A stretch of 62,323 bases of DNA, the filler included, from Bipalium vagum (lineage: Eukaryota), in assembly GCA_037834085.1 (NCBI GenBank). It is 3 parts of 3 records of this genome, joined end to end, with 100 filler letters (N's around TTAATTAATTAA, not from the genome) between each part and the next. Parts side by side here need not be neighbours in the genome. Positions count along the whole stretch, not along the records: positions 28,213 to 46,407 come from JBBMKC010037201.1; positions 46,508 to 62,323 come from JBBMKC010144489.1; 1 more part is not named here. The stretch is one strand, 5' to 3'. Positions 41,201 to 52,600 of the stretch are shown here, one piece after another; position 1 is the stretch's first letter, and each line of letters opens with the position of its first letter. The position numbers and the translations under genes were made by a program. The notes beneath the pieces are model-generated. The model made no database searches. It saw only the letters and a program-made list of their open reading frames with translations, and was not told where the DNA came from.

Positions 41201-44160
41201 GTTTTGATAGCCTCATGCTTTTTACCCGCTGCCTCAACAGCAGATAAATCTTGGCCAAAATTATCTTGAGTAATTAATCTCTGATTCTCCGTCAACCACG
41301 CCTCTCTCATTCCAGCTTTTCTATCGAATCTCAAAGCCAACTGCTCTAATTTTTCTTGACGTATCAATTCATCTCTCAATGCCAACTCTCGCGCATGTTC
41401 AGCTTTATCCAAGCGATTCCAAGCATTATTTATATCTGAAATAAGCTTTCCTTCCACAGGTAAATAAGGCACTTGATTATTAGCTCTCATTCTACTTTGA
41501 ATAGCAAACAAGAGCATTTCTAGATTGCCCTTCTCCTGAAATTTTGGGGGTTTTTCTGTAACACGATAGGTATTAAAGGCTGCCAATTGTTGTTGGACTC
41601 CAGACAGACTGTTGGCAAAGGTTCGATCATTCAAAAGCTCTATAGTTTGACTGATCCATTCTAACAAATTCGATGTCAGCTTCTCGTAGTGTATCATCAT
41701 TTCTTCGGTTTCCATAGATTGTGATATTATTTTCCCTACACGTTTCGAATGAACGGAATCGGCTTTCATTTTGCTGAAGAAATGATAAAATGTAACAATA
41801 TATGTCATAATCGATTTTTCATCCGGATTTTCAACATTTACATCTTCCGGATCCAAAAGTTTTGGTATTCCGAGCTTATCTTCAGCAATTCTTAGGGCTT
41901 GTTCAATGTTTTCCTTGGGATTTCCACGTGATAAAACACCATAATCTAATAGATCAGGTCGGTGACGATGAATTATAGCATTTAGAGCTAAGCCATCACG
42001 CCAACACGTAGAAAAATTGCGAACATTTGTATTAGGATATCCTGCCGTTTTCATTTGACACCACAGCAAAAGAGCATCTTTTGCCTGTCGTTTTTCCGAT
42101 GTATCATCCTCTTCCACAACAATATCTTGAATCTGATAATGAAGTATACACAATGTTATTGAAACTTAAAATAATCAATAAAAGAAGTCACTTGAAATCT
42201 TAAAATAATTGTCCAAATCAACCCCAATGTTAGCCTAGCATTTCCATCCACTATATCATGAGCACCCATGTTTTCTAAATGAACCTTCTGTTCAATAAGA
42301 AAATTAAGGGACTTATCAACATTTTCCAAACAATGAATTCTCATTTTTCCTCTCGTGGGATAGGGCTGAAAAATAATTTTCTTATTGAAATAATAATAAA
42401 TGTAAAAATTTAAATAAATAAATAAATATTACTATATCAATATGAAGATTTATTCTGTACATGTTTCCATAGTTTATATGAAGAATGTTGATGGTTTATA
42501 TAAAAAATACAAGAGCTTTAAAAGAGATTTGGATCATTGTAGAGATTTTTGAGAGTTTCGAATAGTGATGAATGATTATTATTATTATGTTACAGAATTT
42601 TTTTAATAAGTTATTTTTATTATTTTTGATTATCGTTGATTTTATTATTATTTTGATTTTTTATTAAATTATTTTGATTTTCGTTGAACGAAGTAGTCGT
42701 ACTAAACTTGGTAAAGCCTATTGACATGTTTTTAAAATCACAATTGCACTTTTAGTAAAGGTTTTAGACTTAAGTGTTAGGATTCGGTTGGAGTAAAAAC
42801 AAAACCAAAACTTGTGGAAGTTAGTTATAAAATATAAGTTAATATTATAAAACTTAACGATTAGTAATAAATAAATGATTATCCTGTGTTAAAAGACGTT
42901 TGAAATGAAGAATATTTATGAAAAATCATTATATTTTTAAAAGTATTTGATGTGATAGTAATTATTATTTTATTTTAAAAAAAATTATTACTTTATTAAT
43001 TTTATTTCATTTATTTATTAGAAAAATATCTACATCACCCATGTCTATAATAATCATATATAAAATCACAAATTCTATGAAAAAATTTTCAGAAATCAAA
43101 AGTTAATAAAAAATAGCAAAAATTATTGAAATGATCACTAAATCAACAAAAAATCAATGTATGGGTTAAAATATAATTTTCCATGTTATTATGAACTATT
43201 CATACACACAATTGGGTATATATTTTTATTTTATTTTCTTAACTTTTAAGAATTACTTAATAAAATAAAGTAATTATTGCAATTGAGATTTCCATCTAAT
43301 AGCATCCATGTATATCGAATGTATACCTTGAAAATCTGAATACAATCATCAAAATCTCTTTTGCAAATGTACCGAAACTAACAATTTTAGTATGTTACAT
43401 AATATTTGCAACTGCAAAAAGTTTACTTTAAAATTCTATTTTTATTGACTTTTAAAAAAAACAAAATTAAATAATATTTTAACTAAATTATAAATTATAA
43501 TTTTTTTACTCAATTATATATTATAATTTTTAATAATACTAATTTAACAGAAATATTAAAAAGTCTAAATTTCGGTAATTTAATTTCAAAATAAAAAAGT
43601 GCCGATATTTTTAAATAAATTTGTGTTTATCCAAATATGCACAATGAAAGTATTACCATTAACCTACCATTACAATCCATGTTAATATATAATAAGAAAT
43701 ATAAATAAAAATATATCCTGTCATAAAATGAAATCATAATATCATATTAATATAAAATATCTTTCTATAAGTATGTTTTGCTTGATAAGTATGTTGAGCA
43801 GTTTTGATCAATGAAACTTACCAGCTGTTCACCCGATAATATCTCAAGTAAAAGTAATAACATTTTCCCATCTTTTAAATCGTTATACAAATCCTCTATT
43901 GATTTTTTCACTTTATTTAAATGTGAATTAATCCATTTTGTAAAAGTTTTTTTTTGAACATTTTCTCTTTCCCCTAAATTAATTCATCAATATTTTTTAA
44001 AACCCAATTACATATTTCAACCTGCTAATGCTTTGATTCTGAATCTTTCATACAATTTGGAAGTACTATCTTCAGTGTCCCATTCATCATCTGTAGTAAC
44101 ATTACCATTAGTTTCTGTGGTACCATTGTTCCAAGGTAATGTGTAAGCTACATCTGCCAT
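28487..44160 (-). CDS. SPTBN1: Beta-spectrin (conventional, non-erythroid type), 3'-partial, 7 exons, 1289 codons
   Basis: Exons 44160-44022, 43973-43822, 42365-42192, 42132-39382, 31703-31317, 31271-31099, 28577-28487; all GT-AG and phase-compatible. Protein reads MADVAY...[32 protein letters not shown] (CH1), [68 protein letters not shown] (CH2), then tandem spectrin repeats. Confidence 0.95.
29199..29589 (+). mobile_element. Well-preserved mariner (mellifera-like, D34D) 3' fragment in beta-spectrin intron 6
   Basis: Uninterrupted [14 protein letters not shown]...[21 protein letters not shown]...[15 protein letters not shown], with 34 residues between the two Asp. 3' TIR-like TACGAAGACTTTTTACTCAACCCAA followed by TA. 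Confidence 0.93.
29615..30310 (+). mobile_element. Decayed, internally deleted mariner
   Basis: Reads [26 protein letters not shown] and ILLIKIM/HQDND fragments; resembles the 15924-17104 family. Confidence 0.7.
31099..31271 (-). CDS. SPTBN1: Beta-spectrin exon 6
   Basis: Encodes [25 protein letters not shown]...[24 protein letters not shown](R); 45-nt upstream intron. Confidence 0.92.
31317..31703 (-). CDS. SPTBN1: Beta-spectrin exon 5
   Basis: Encodes [32 protein letters not shown]...[27 protein letters not shown]; spectrin repeats. Confidence 0.95.
33000..33352 (+). mobile_element. Mariner (cecropia-like) 3' remnant
   Basis: Reads LHDTEKPH...[25 protein letters not shown]...[10 protein letters not shown]; TIR-like end. 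Confidence 0.82.
33428..33487 (-). pseudogene. tRNA (Ala/Val-like) pseudogene or tRNA-derived SINE head with T-arm deletion
   Basis: Minus strand GGGGGATGCAGCTCAGCGGTCAGAGC...AAGG|ATCCCGGTATCTCT shows the A-box/D-arm and both acceptor-stem halves; the GGTTCG B-box is missing. Confidence 0.7.
38320..38590 (+). mobile_element. Mariner (cecropia-like) 3' remnant, same family as 33000-33352
   Basis: Reads [50 protein letters not shown]. Confidence 0.85.
39382..42132 (-). CDS. SPTBN1: Beta-spectrin exon 4 (2751 nt; CH2 domain plus spectrin repeats)
   Basis: Lies inside the 948-aa ORF 39307-42153, bounded by CAG|ATTCAA and CAG|GTAAT. Confidence 0.97.
42192..42365 (-). CDS. SPTBN1: Beta-spectrin exon 3
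   Basis: Encodes [23 protein letters not shown]...[12 protein letters not shown]. Confidence 0.96.
43822..43973 (-). CDS. SPTBN1: Beta-spectrin exon 2
   Basis: Encodes [18 protein letters not shown]...[20 protein letters not shown]. Confidence 0.95.
44022..44160 (-). CDS. SPTBN1: Beta-spectrin exon 1
   Basis: ATG at 44160; encodes [12 protein letters not shown]...[17 protein letters not shown] then G|GT. Confidence 0.92.
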
Positions 44161-45061
44161 TCTTGATAACAAAATATATAATATAAAATCTCTTTATTAC
44201 AAAATAAAAGTTATCATTTCAATTTTAAGATAAGAATAATATAATTACATTTGAAAACGAAAGAATAAGTTAGGTTGTTATTACAAATTAAGCGATAAAT
44301 TATATACAACTAAATACCTATTTTAAACAATTCAAGGTTAATAATCTGTTTTAAAATATGATAATAACATTTCTTTAAATAACCAAAGTGAAAAGTTAAA
44401 AATAATATTTCTTAATGTGTGATACCAGAACTTTTATCAAGCTACATTTTTAATTTTAAAAATTTAGATATTTTTAAAATTTAAATTTTATTATAAAATT
44501 ATAAAATTAATATGTTTAATCAATATAAACTTTAATTAATCAATCACGATTTTACGATTAATCCATGCAACGATTTTTTCACAAAACTAAGTACTCATAT
44601 TATTGTGTTACCCAAAGTGGTTTATATTGGATTTGTGCACTAAATTTAAAATTTTTTTTGAATTAAAATCAAATTCATTTTATTAATAATCACTTTGATT
44701 ATTTAAAACATTTCATATCTTTGTGAAAAGCCTTTTAATTAATTGGTATTTTTGTTTTGAAGTACAACTTAATGCAAAGAAGTGGAGACCAGTTAATCCG
44801 AATTTGTCTAATCCATATATTTTTATGATTCGAAGAATTTAATGTTAATTATTTTCTAATGCGAATAAAATTTATTTGCATAGAGAAAATTACAGAATAT
44901 TATGTAAAATTTAAAAAATGATATAGATATTATTTTATTTATTTATTTTTATCATTTTTTAAACTGCGACACTATTAGACATAATAAAATTGTTTATCTT
45001 CTTGGATTTGATTGGATTTGGATATTTTCACATATTTGATTAATTAGCTCTGTTTTTGATT

Positions 45062-45105
45062 TTGAAATATTTTCGCCCTCCTTCACGAACTCATCAGGAC
45101 CAGAA
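45062..45105 (-). ncRNA. Hammerhead-ribozyme-like motif (minimal type I, helix I degenerate)
   Basis: Minus strand GGUC CUGAUGA GUUC-GUGAAGGA-GGGC GAAA AUAU UU: both core boxes, a 4-bp helix II with two G-U pairs, and a palindromic AUAU loop III. The proximal helix I arm does not pair. Confidence 0.4.
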
Positions 45106-45149
45106 TAACATGAGTAGATCACCAGTGAGGACAACAGGGTAATTTGTCA

Positions 45150-46330
45150 ATTGAGATCAATCTCATGGGATCATCAACAGAGAAGTAACTGAAACTCAAC
45201 TCAGTTTCCTGTTCAAACATCGGACGGTCCAGCAGATTTGGGCTTAATCATTGCCTCTGATGAGATTCAGCCACATCGTATCTTTTCAGGTGGTTAAAAG
45301 ACTTCCATAGAATTGAACTTAGCTCCTGGTTGGACATAAATAGCATTGGTTCACCATTATTCTGTATCTCAAACTCAGTTGATAATCAAACATCGTCCAC
45401 GTTTAAGCCTATTCACCTTAAGAAGTTTTGAACGTGAAGGACAATATTTGAGGATTTGGACCTAAGTTTCCTGCACATTTTCACGAAGTTTACAAACCAT
45501 GCTTTTATTTTTTTAAGTTAAAGGGTCGAAATCAGAGTATAGATTATTACTTCTGGTTTAATGAAAAAGTGCTAATGAGTCATTGGAAGGAAGTTCCCGT
45601 GGAGTATCCGATTCGATATAACGCTCAGCAAAGTACATGGTAGCATAAGACCCTGGCACTTCTGACTTTTTCAGGTCATATAGAAGTGCAATGCTATATA
45701 CTGATGTCGGAATTGTGTCTAACCTCCTTTATTTCTACATTTATAGATATAAGTAAAGTTTTCCCCTGATCCAAATTTTGTGTTAATGGGAAGATTGATA
45801 ACTCCTTATACAACAAAAAAATCATTAACCGTATCCTTCTTCGACAAAGCCGCGCACTTAACCCTATGTCACCCACATTGCACTCATCGTATTCACTTCT
45901 GTTACTTAGTCAGTCAAAAGAAAGTGACACCGTCATCTCCGTACCGGCCTTAAATCTCATTTTAACTACAGACTTTATATAAGCAGTAGTCAACTCACAG
46001 AATACTGTGTCTGAGCTCGTCAATTATCGGAAACTTTGAACGATACTACAGATATGGTAATAATCGTAAGAAAGGATGATACCAAACCTCCAGAGGGTCG
46101 AAGGTGTATAAAAATAGGCTATGTTGCTATCTTGTAGTCTATAAGTATCCGTGATTTTCTTGAACTTGGTACGCATCTTTTGAATCATAGCAAAAGTCCA
46201 TATCTGTATCAGTAATTTGACTTCTATTCGGATATGACAACGTTAAAGAATCCATCACTTTAATTTTTAAGTGAAAAGGTAACCTAGATGAATACTTTAT
46301 ATGTACACTGCGCGTAAAAAGTCTGTTCAA
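45150..46330 (-). mobile_element. Decayed RLE-type non-LTR retrotransposon (R2/NeSL/R4 group), thumb to zinc-knuckle region
   Basis: Ordered remnants: DSNIAYFYTPSTL-G/R-FGI (cf. FYxPxxxGGLG), YHVL...TSFQ*L (cf. HG...SxxWL), CKLRENVQET*VQILKYCP (cf. CRxCxxxxETxxHILxxCP), YQLSLRY and ILWK. Confidence 0.55.
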
Positions 46331-46407
46331 CCCTTATAAAAAATACTAATTTTAATTGAAAAGAATATTTTAAACAGCGAAATTTATTAAATGAACAAGT
46401 CTTAATA

Positions 46408-46507
46408 NNNNNNNNNNNNNNNNNNNNNNNNNNNNNNNNNNNNNNNNNNNNTTAATTAATTAANNNNNNNNNNNNNNNNNNNNNNNNNNNNNNNNNNNNN
46501 NNNNNNN
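46408..46507. other. Assembly gap with six-frame stop linker
   Basis: 44 N + TTAATTAATTAA + 44 N. Confidence 0.97.

Positions 46508-46576
<69 letters not shown>
46508..46576. repeat. (TAT)n microsatellite
   Basis: Perfect run abutting the gap. Confidence 0.95.
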
Positions 46577-46665
46577 CATATATTTGAAATAACTTATATT
46601 ATTAAATATCAAGTAAAATTTTAATAGATTGTCTATTAATTAACTTATATTCCATTAATATTTAG

Positions 46666-49600
46666 CTTAGAGAATCTGAAAATCTTGAAAAGTCGATGAA
46701 AAATTCTTGTTTTAACCTAAATGATTTCGGGAGATGTTTTACTCCTCCAATTTTGTTCAATAATTCCATTAGAAAAGGAGGTTCTCTTATTAAAACTAAA
46801 AATCGATCATGGATCCCTCCATCATGTCAAATGATGCATGGAAATGGATACATGAAACCTGGTCTATGTTCTCCTTTAAAGATTTTCGATCACAATTCTC
46901 CTATTTACGATTTCAACTTTCCAGATTTAAATGGTAATCATTTTTTTCAAGTTCAATATTTTACAATTATTTTTGTCTGAAACTTAATTATTTTTCTAAT
47001 AATAATTTTAAAAACACATTTTAATTTGTAGGAAACAATATTTTAAAAATTTAATTAATATCGTTAAATTGTTTAGGTAAATATATGAAATTCTTAACCA
47101 GAAGATCTAATTATTTTTTTTCTTTAAAAATATTGATTTAGTAAAAATGTTCAGCTATTTATTTCCCAATTATTATTTATTATTTGGATTTTTAAAACAT
47201 CACATTTAGAAATTTTGTTCGTGACATAATTTGTTATTAGCCAAAATTATATAAAATTTACCAGGGCTCTTAATTTCGTTTACTAATTAGTTCTTATAAA
47301 AATTCAAGTTATATTTTAATATAATATAATATATTTTAATATATGTTACACTTTATATTACTATGAAACCTTTCGTAACACTTAGCTCGATTGTTTAGGG
47401 ACCCTTTCACTTATGTTAATAATGTGTGCTAGTTAAATTTATATCGGTTGATAAATTATCAAGAATCATTTCTAAATTATATGTTTTAATATAACAATTA
47501 TTCAAACAAATTAATTAATTAATTAAAATAATAAATATTTAAACTAATTAAATTATTTAAACATTTTAATCCTCACAATGTGTGAGAAAATAAATGAATC
47601 AAAACGATCACAATTAAACTTTATTTCTCTAACACAAAGATACACAAATGAATGTCTAAAAAATATATTTATGCACAACAAATCGATCTCAATTCGCAAA
47701 ATTTCACCAACAATCAATAAATATAAAATCCAGTTAAACATCAATAAATCAGATCAAATAGAAACAACAAATAAATTCAACTGTAATCAAATCAGATTTA
47801 TTAATTATTAAAAATTATTTATAATTATAATTAATTATTTAAAATTATTAAAATTATTATTAATTATTTAAAAGTAAAAGAAAAGCAAAAAAGTACTAAA
47901 AATTTAGAGTCGTTTATGAGCCCGAACCGACATGCTCGTAAACATCCTAACAGCGCAGGACTTATCATTGACTCCTGTTGCATAAAATAATAGGCATAAT
48001 AAAAAAAATTTTTACAAGTTTCTTCTGATATAGTTTCAATAGTTTCAATACGTATTCAATGTAAGAAAAACTCAGAATAACTTTGTGGCAGACCATTGAG
48101 AATTCAAATACCTTGTATACTGATCAGACGACTACTCAGTCGTAGACCAGTATTATTAATTTAGAATGTCAATTACCTTTGTAGGCACTTAATCTTAAAT
48201 CAATCCCTAATCGCGGACCCTGGTCTAATCTTGACATTCACTATTGCCAAAATTAGATCATTCAAGATAAAAAAAATATTTTATTATTGTTGTTGTTTAA
48301 TTATTATGTTTGGAAATTATTAGCGGTCTTATAATATGAAGGGCTAAAGGGACATGCTCTTGATCAACCAAACATATATTTGATCAATTATACCAGTACT
48401 TACTAAGCTTTCATTCTACCTTCAACCCTATCTAAATTTTTATTGATCGCATTATTAAAAGTTTCATTTTACTAAATAGTGCATCGAACAAATAAATAAT
48501 AATCTAGAGGTATAATGTCAGATGAGTATGGAACAAGTTCCCAACCAAACTCTTTAATTTTCAGAAAAATATTTTTTAAAGCAGTAGTTATTCGATATCC
48601 TGGGAGAAAATGATTTTCTAAAGCGTCTATTTTTCAATTTTCTTTTTAAAAATTCTCAGTTAAATTTAAAGATATCTGAAGTTGTTGTGTTCTATTGTTT
48701 CAGTAAATTGTTAAATCTAACATAAAATTACTTTAGGGATGGCCTAAAAGTTGTTAGATTAATATAAAATTAGAACCCTGTTAAAATGATTTAATTGTGA
48801 CTTCATTTTGGTAAATGCTTAGTTCAATAAAAAATCAGACTAAATAAATCAAACACCCATATTGGAAAATCATATATATCATGTATATATAAAGAAATAT
48901 AAAATTATGTGTTCAGTACGTTTTGTTGAAAACGTGTCTTGTAAAGGATATCTTTGTATAATTCTGTGATTTGTTTATTTTTGTGTGGAATTATTTTAAT
49001 TTAAAACCTGAAACTGTTATGAGAATTGTAAATATGAAAGAGAATATCTAAACTCTTTTTTCTATAATCAGAATCTTTCCGAAAAGACGTTTCCTCATTC
49101 CAACCAAAACTAACACCTCCTTTGTCTCCCATGGAATGCTTAAATTCGGAAAAGGAGGAAAGTTACGAGTCTGCCAAGTCTAATTTGTCAACCGAGGATC
49201 TGAATTCTGCATCTAGTTCAAAATGTATTTCGAAACAGGATATCAATGAAATCGATAAGAAAAATACGTTTTGTCAAGATTCTTCAGTTTATGAAGACCT
49301 TGATTTTGACAATGCAGCAAAAACGGATTCGGGCCTTTTAAAAATTGACAGTGAAAAGAGTCTGGAGCTACAGGAATCGGATTTGTACGATTCTGATTAT
49401 TTTCTGTATTCTTATCAAAAGGAGCTGAAGGATGATATTAAATTATTGGAATACTCTGGTTAGTATAGTTGTTGTCTCACTAAATTGACAGAATTATTAA
49501 TGAAAATTTTCAATTTTAATAATTGGCATTTTTGCAAATTTAAACAAAATGTAGAAAGTATTTCAGCTGATTTCGTGTGAAAAATAAACCGTCAGTCTAA

Positions 49601-52600
49601 TTTTATCCAGCACAGTGCAATGACTGAATATCATCATTGGCTGTGTCATGGTTTCCAGAATGTTGTGTTCTCTAGTTCGGCGGGACTTGAACTTTTGACC
49701 TACTTCTTTATGCTGAATACACGAATCCAATTATGCGTTGATTACGTTTTCTTGACGTGAACCGAGTCATTGTGGACACTCATCATTCCAGGCGAGACAT
49801 AAGGAATAAACAAATTCATTTTCATCACCATATGATTTTTATGTTGTGCAGTTTTTTTTTTAAAAAAAACCCGAATTATTCAAATTTAAATCCCCGGACA
49901 CAAAAAATATTACGAGTTTTGTTGATAGTTTGTGATTTTTATTGACTGATTTACCTTTTTGTTTATTTGTATTGGGAATGACGCATGAATTTGTATATGC
50001 AGAGTTTTCTGGGACGACATTTTTGTTTGTCATTCTCCACTGGAAAATGTAACGAAATCGATATATTGTAAAGTTTGTGGTTACAGTTGATAAAAATTTA
50101 ATTTTTATAGAACAATATTAAGAATTGAATCGCAATCAAAACTGGTTTGTTTATTTTTATTATTTCAAAGATTTTTTAATCAGCTTATGATAATAAATGT
50201 TTTAATATATCAAACTGAAGCGCAAATTTCGCTCTTTCATATAATTCTAAAAGAAATCAGTTCAACTTAAAATTGCATATTATTTATCTGCATTTTCTAT
50301 GCTCATTGTTGAACAACATATTTGAATTTGGATTCTTTATGAATGCATGATTCCTCATAATGCATTAGAAGTAACTGGATGTTTTCGAAAATATATGTGT
50401 TGACTTCAGCATTGAAAATGATGATCTTGGAAGACATGATACTGTCGTAAGTAAAACGATCATTTTAAAATTACAATTGTGAAAGCGATACAAAAAATCA
50501 GTTGAAGAATTTGTGGAAGAGTTGAGTGTCACCAAGTCAAACATTTCCCAGCATTTTTAAGAGCTTGATGAAGTATAAAAAAATCAGATTTTCGAGAATT
50601 ATTAAAGTTACATCAATTTTGAAAGCAATACCACCAAAATACATTCATCTAAAATGTATATAAAAAATATTAATTTTTATTTCTTTCTTGAATGTGGCAT
50701 TAGGGCCTTAAAAATATTTTGATGAAAAAATTTTTTCAACTTAAATATTGTAACGTTTCATTATGATTTATGTCAAATCGATTTCTGCATTTATTCATAA
50801 AATATTTATGCCTGAAATGAAAATTATTATTTTTGCTAAAGATTTCAAATTTTATGTATAATATTTTTATGAATTTATAATTATATTTTTATGTTAATTC
50901 ATTTTTGGATTCTTATTTCATTTTAATCAAATTTTGCAATATAAAAAAATAATGAATCTTTATTATAAATTAGATTTTTTACATTTACCGTGTATTTGAT
51001 TTATATTGGTGTAATCTTTGATATTTTTCTGATAAAAAGTGATTAAAATGTTCACAATTTTCGATTACCAATTAAAATTTAAGTTATTTTATAATAATAA
51101 TAATAATCTATCAGAGATTTTGAAGAACCTAAATATTATTGTTGTTACTTTATATCATATTGGTAATGATTTTCTCTGCTAAATATTAATATTTTTAAAA
51201 ATTATTTTGTATCTACAGGGTAGCCCGTAAATCACTTTCCAATTCAAAGATTGAATACAATTTTTGTCTGTTATTAAATTGATTTATTAAATAAGTAAAC
51301 AAGAATGGAGTTTTATTTTAATTATTTATGAAAAAGAATGTCGCACAAAGAACAACATTATTCGTTTCACAAGTTGAAGCTCTTTTTAAAACATTTTCCC
51401 TGACACCTCTTAGAACATTTTGATGTAACTACTGAAGTCCTGGTTAAATTTTGTTTTTAAGCTGTTGGATACTTCAGATCTTGTTAAATATATACTAAAA
51501 GGTCATTAACAATCTGGATTTCACGAAATTATTCACTTTCCAAAACGCTACTTCAACATCTCCATTTTTCCTCTTGCAATGTAAACAGTTGTCTCATCTT
51601 GTTGGCATGATGTTTTAGATATGTCATCTATTTCTGAGCGCACAAAGTTCTCCAACATTTTTCGATATCGTGACTGTAACTGCATTTCATTTTTTCCCTT
51701 AAAAAAGTAAGAGTGAATTATTTTCTCAGATGTTACCTGATCATGTGAATGAATCAATTTTGTATTTTGCATGTTGATGTAGCCATTCAATTGAAAATGC
51801 TATTCTTCTCCCATTATTTTTTTAACTAGAGATGCTCATTTCTCTTGAGTAATCTTGAATTGAAATCGCTTAGCTTATTCGCTGCTCATAATTTATTAAA
51901 CTTTGAACCATTTATATCCTGCACTAGTACATATTTAAGTATCTCACTATGTGCTGCAAAAAGTTATTCAAACTCCATTTATCCACAATGTATACGAGAT
52001 GCTAATCGAGAGTCATGGTACAGAGTACTGTCCTGCACACAAACAACAATTTTTGAGAAAGGAATAAAATTATTTTTTCAGTTAGTTCTAAATTTTGAAA
52101 CGCTTGACCAGGTTATGTATTGCTGCTTTATTTGGTGGTTTTCTGATTTTTGAAATATTTTATATGTTCTCTTTATATTAAAATAGTAACACTTGTTTTG
52201 GTAATAGAATTCGATAATATTTATCTGTTTCCCTATCGTATTATTTTCCATATAGAATTTCCAAGCATTAAAGTTTATAAATCTCCAAAAAAAAATTCAA
52301 TTTTTGTCACAAAACTTTATTATTTAATGTATAAATATTATAGTAACCCATGGACCACCCCTTTATATTTATTTCCCTGTTGCATCTTTTGTCAACTTCT
52401 TTGAGGTCCCTTTGATTACCCTTTATGCATACATACATATATCTTTTTTATAAAAAGTATCTTCAAACTCTTTTAATTTTGGCCCAGAACGAATATTTTC
52501 TAATTATATTCTATAGTATATACGCTTTCATTAACGACGACCACAGTATGACAGATTATCATCATTAATCAGATACCACTGTCATAGGTATCACTTAGCT

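Noticed and set aside
45251-45294. Second hammerhead-like motif on the plus strand (CUGAUGA...with pairing helix I)
   Set aside because: The essential GAAA box reads GTAT, and the motif lies antisense within the LINE coding remnant; probably chance.
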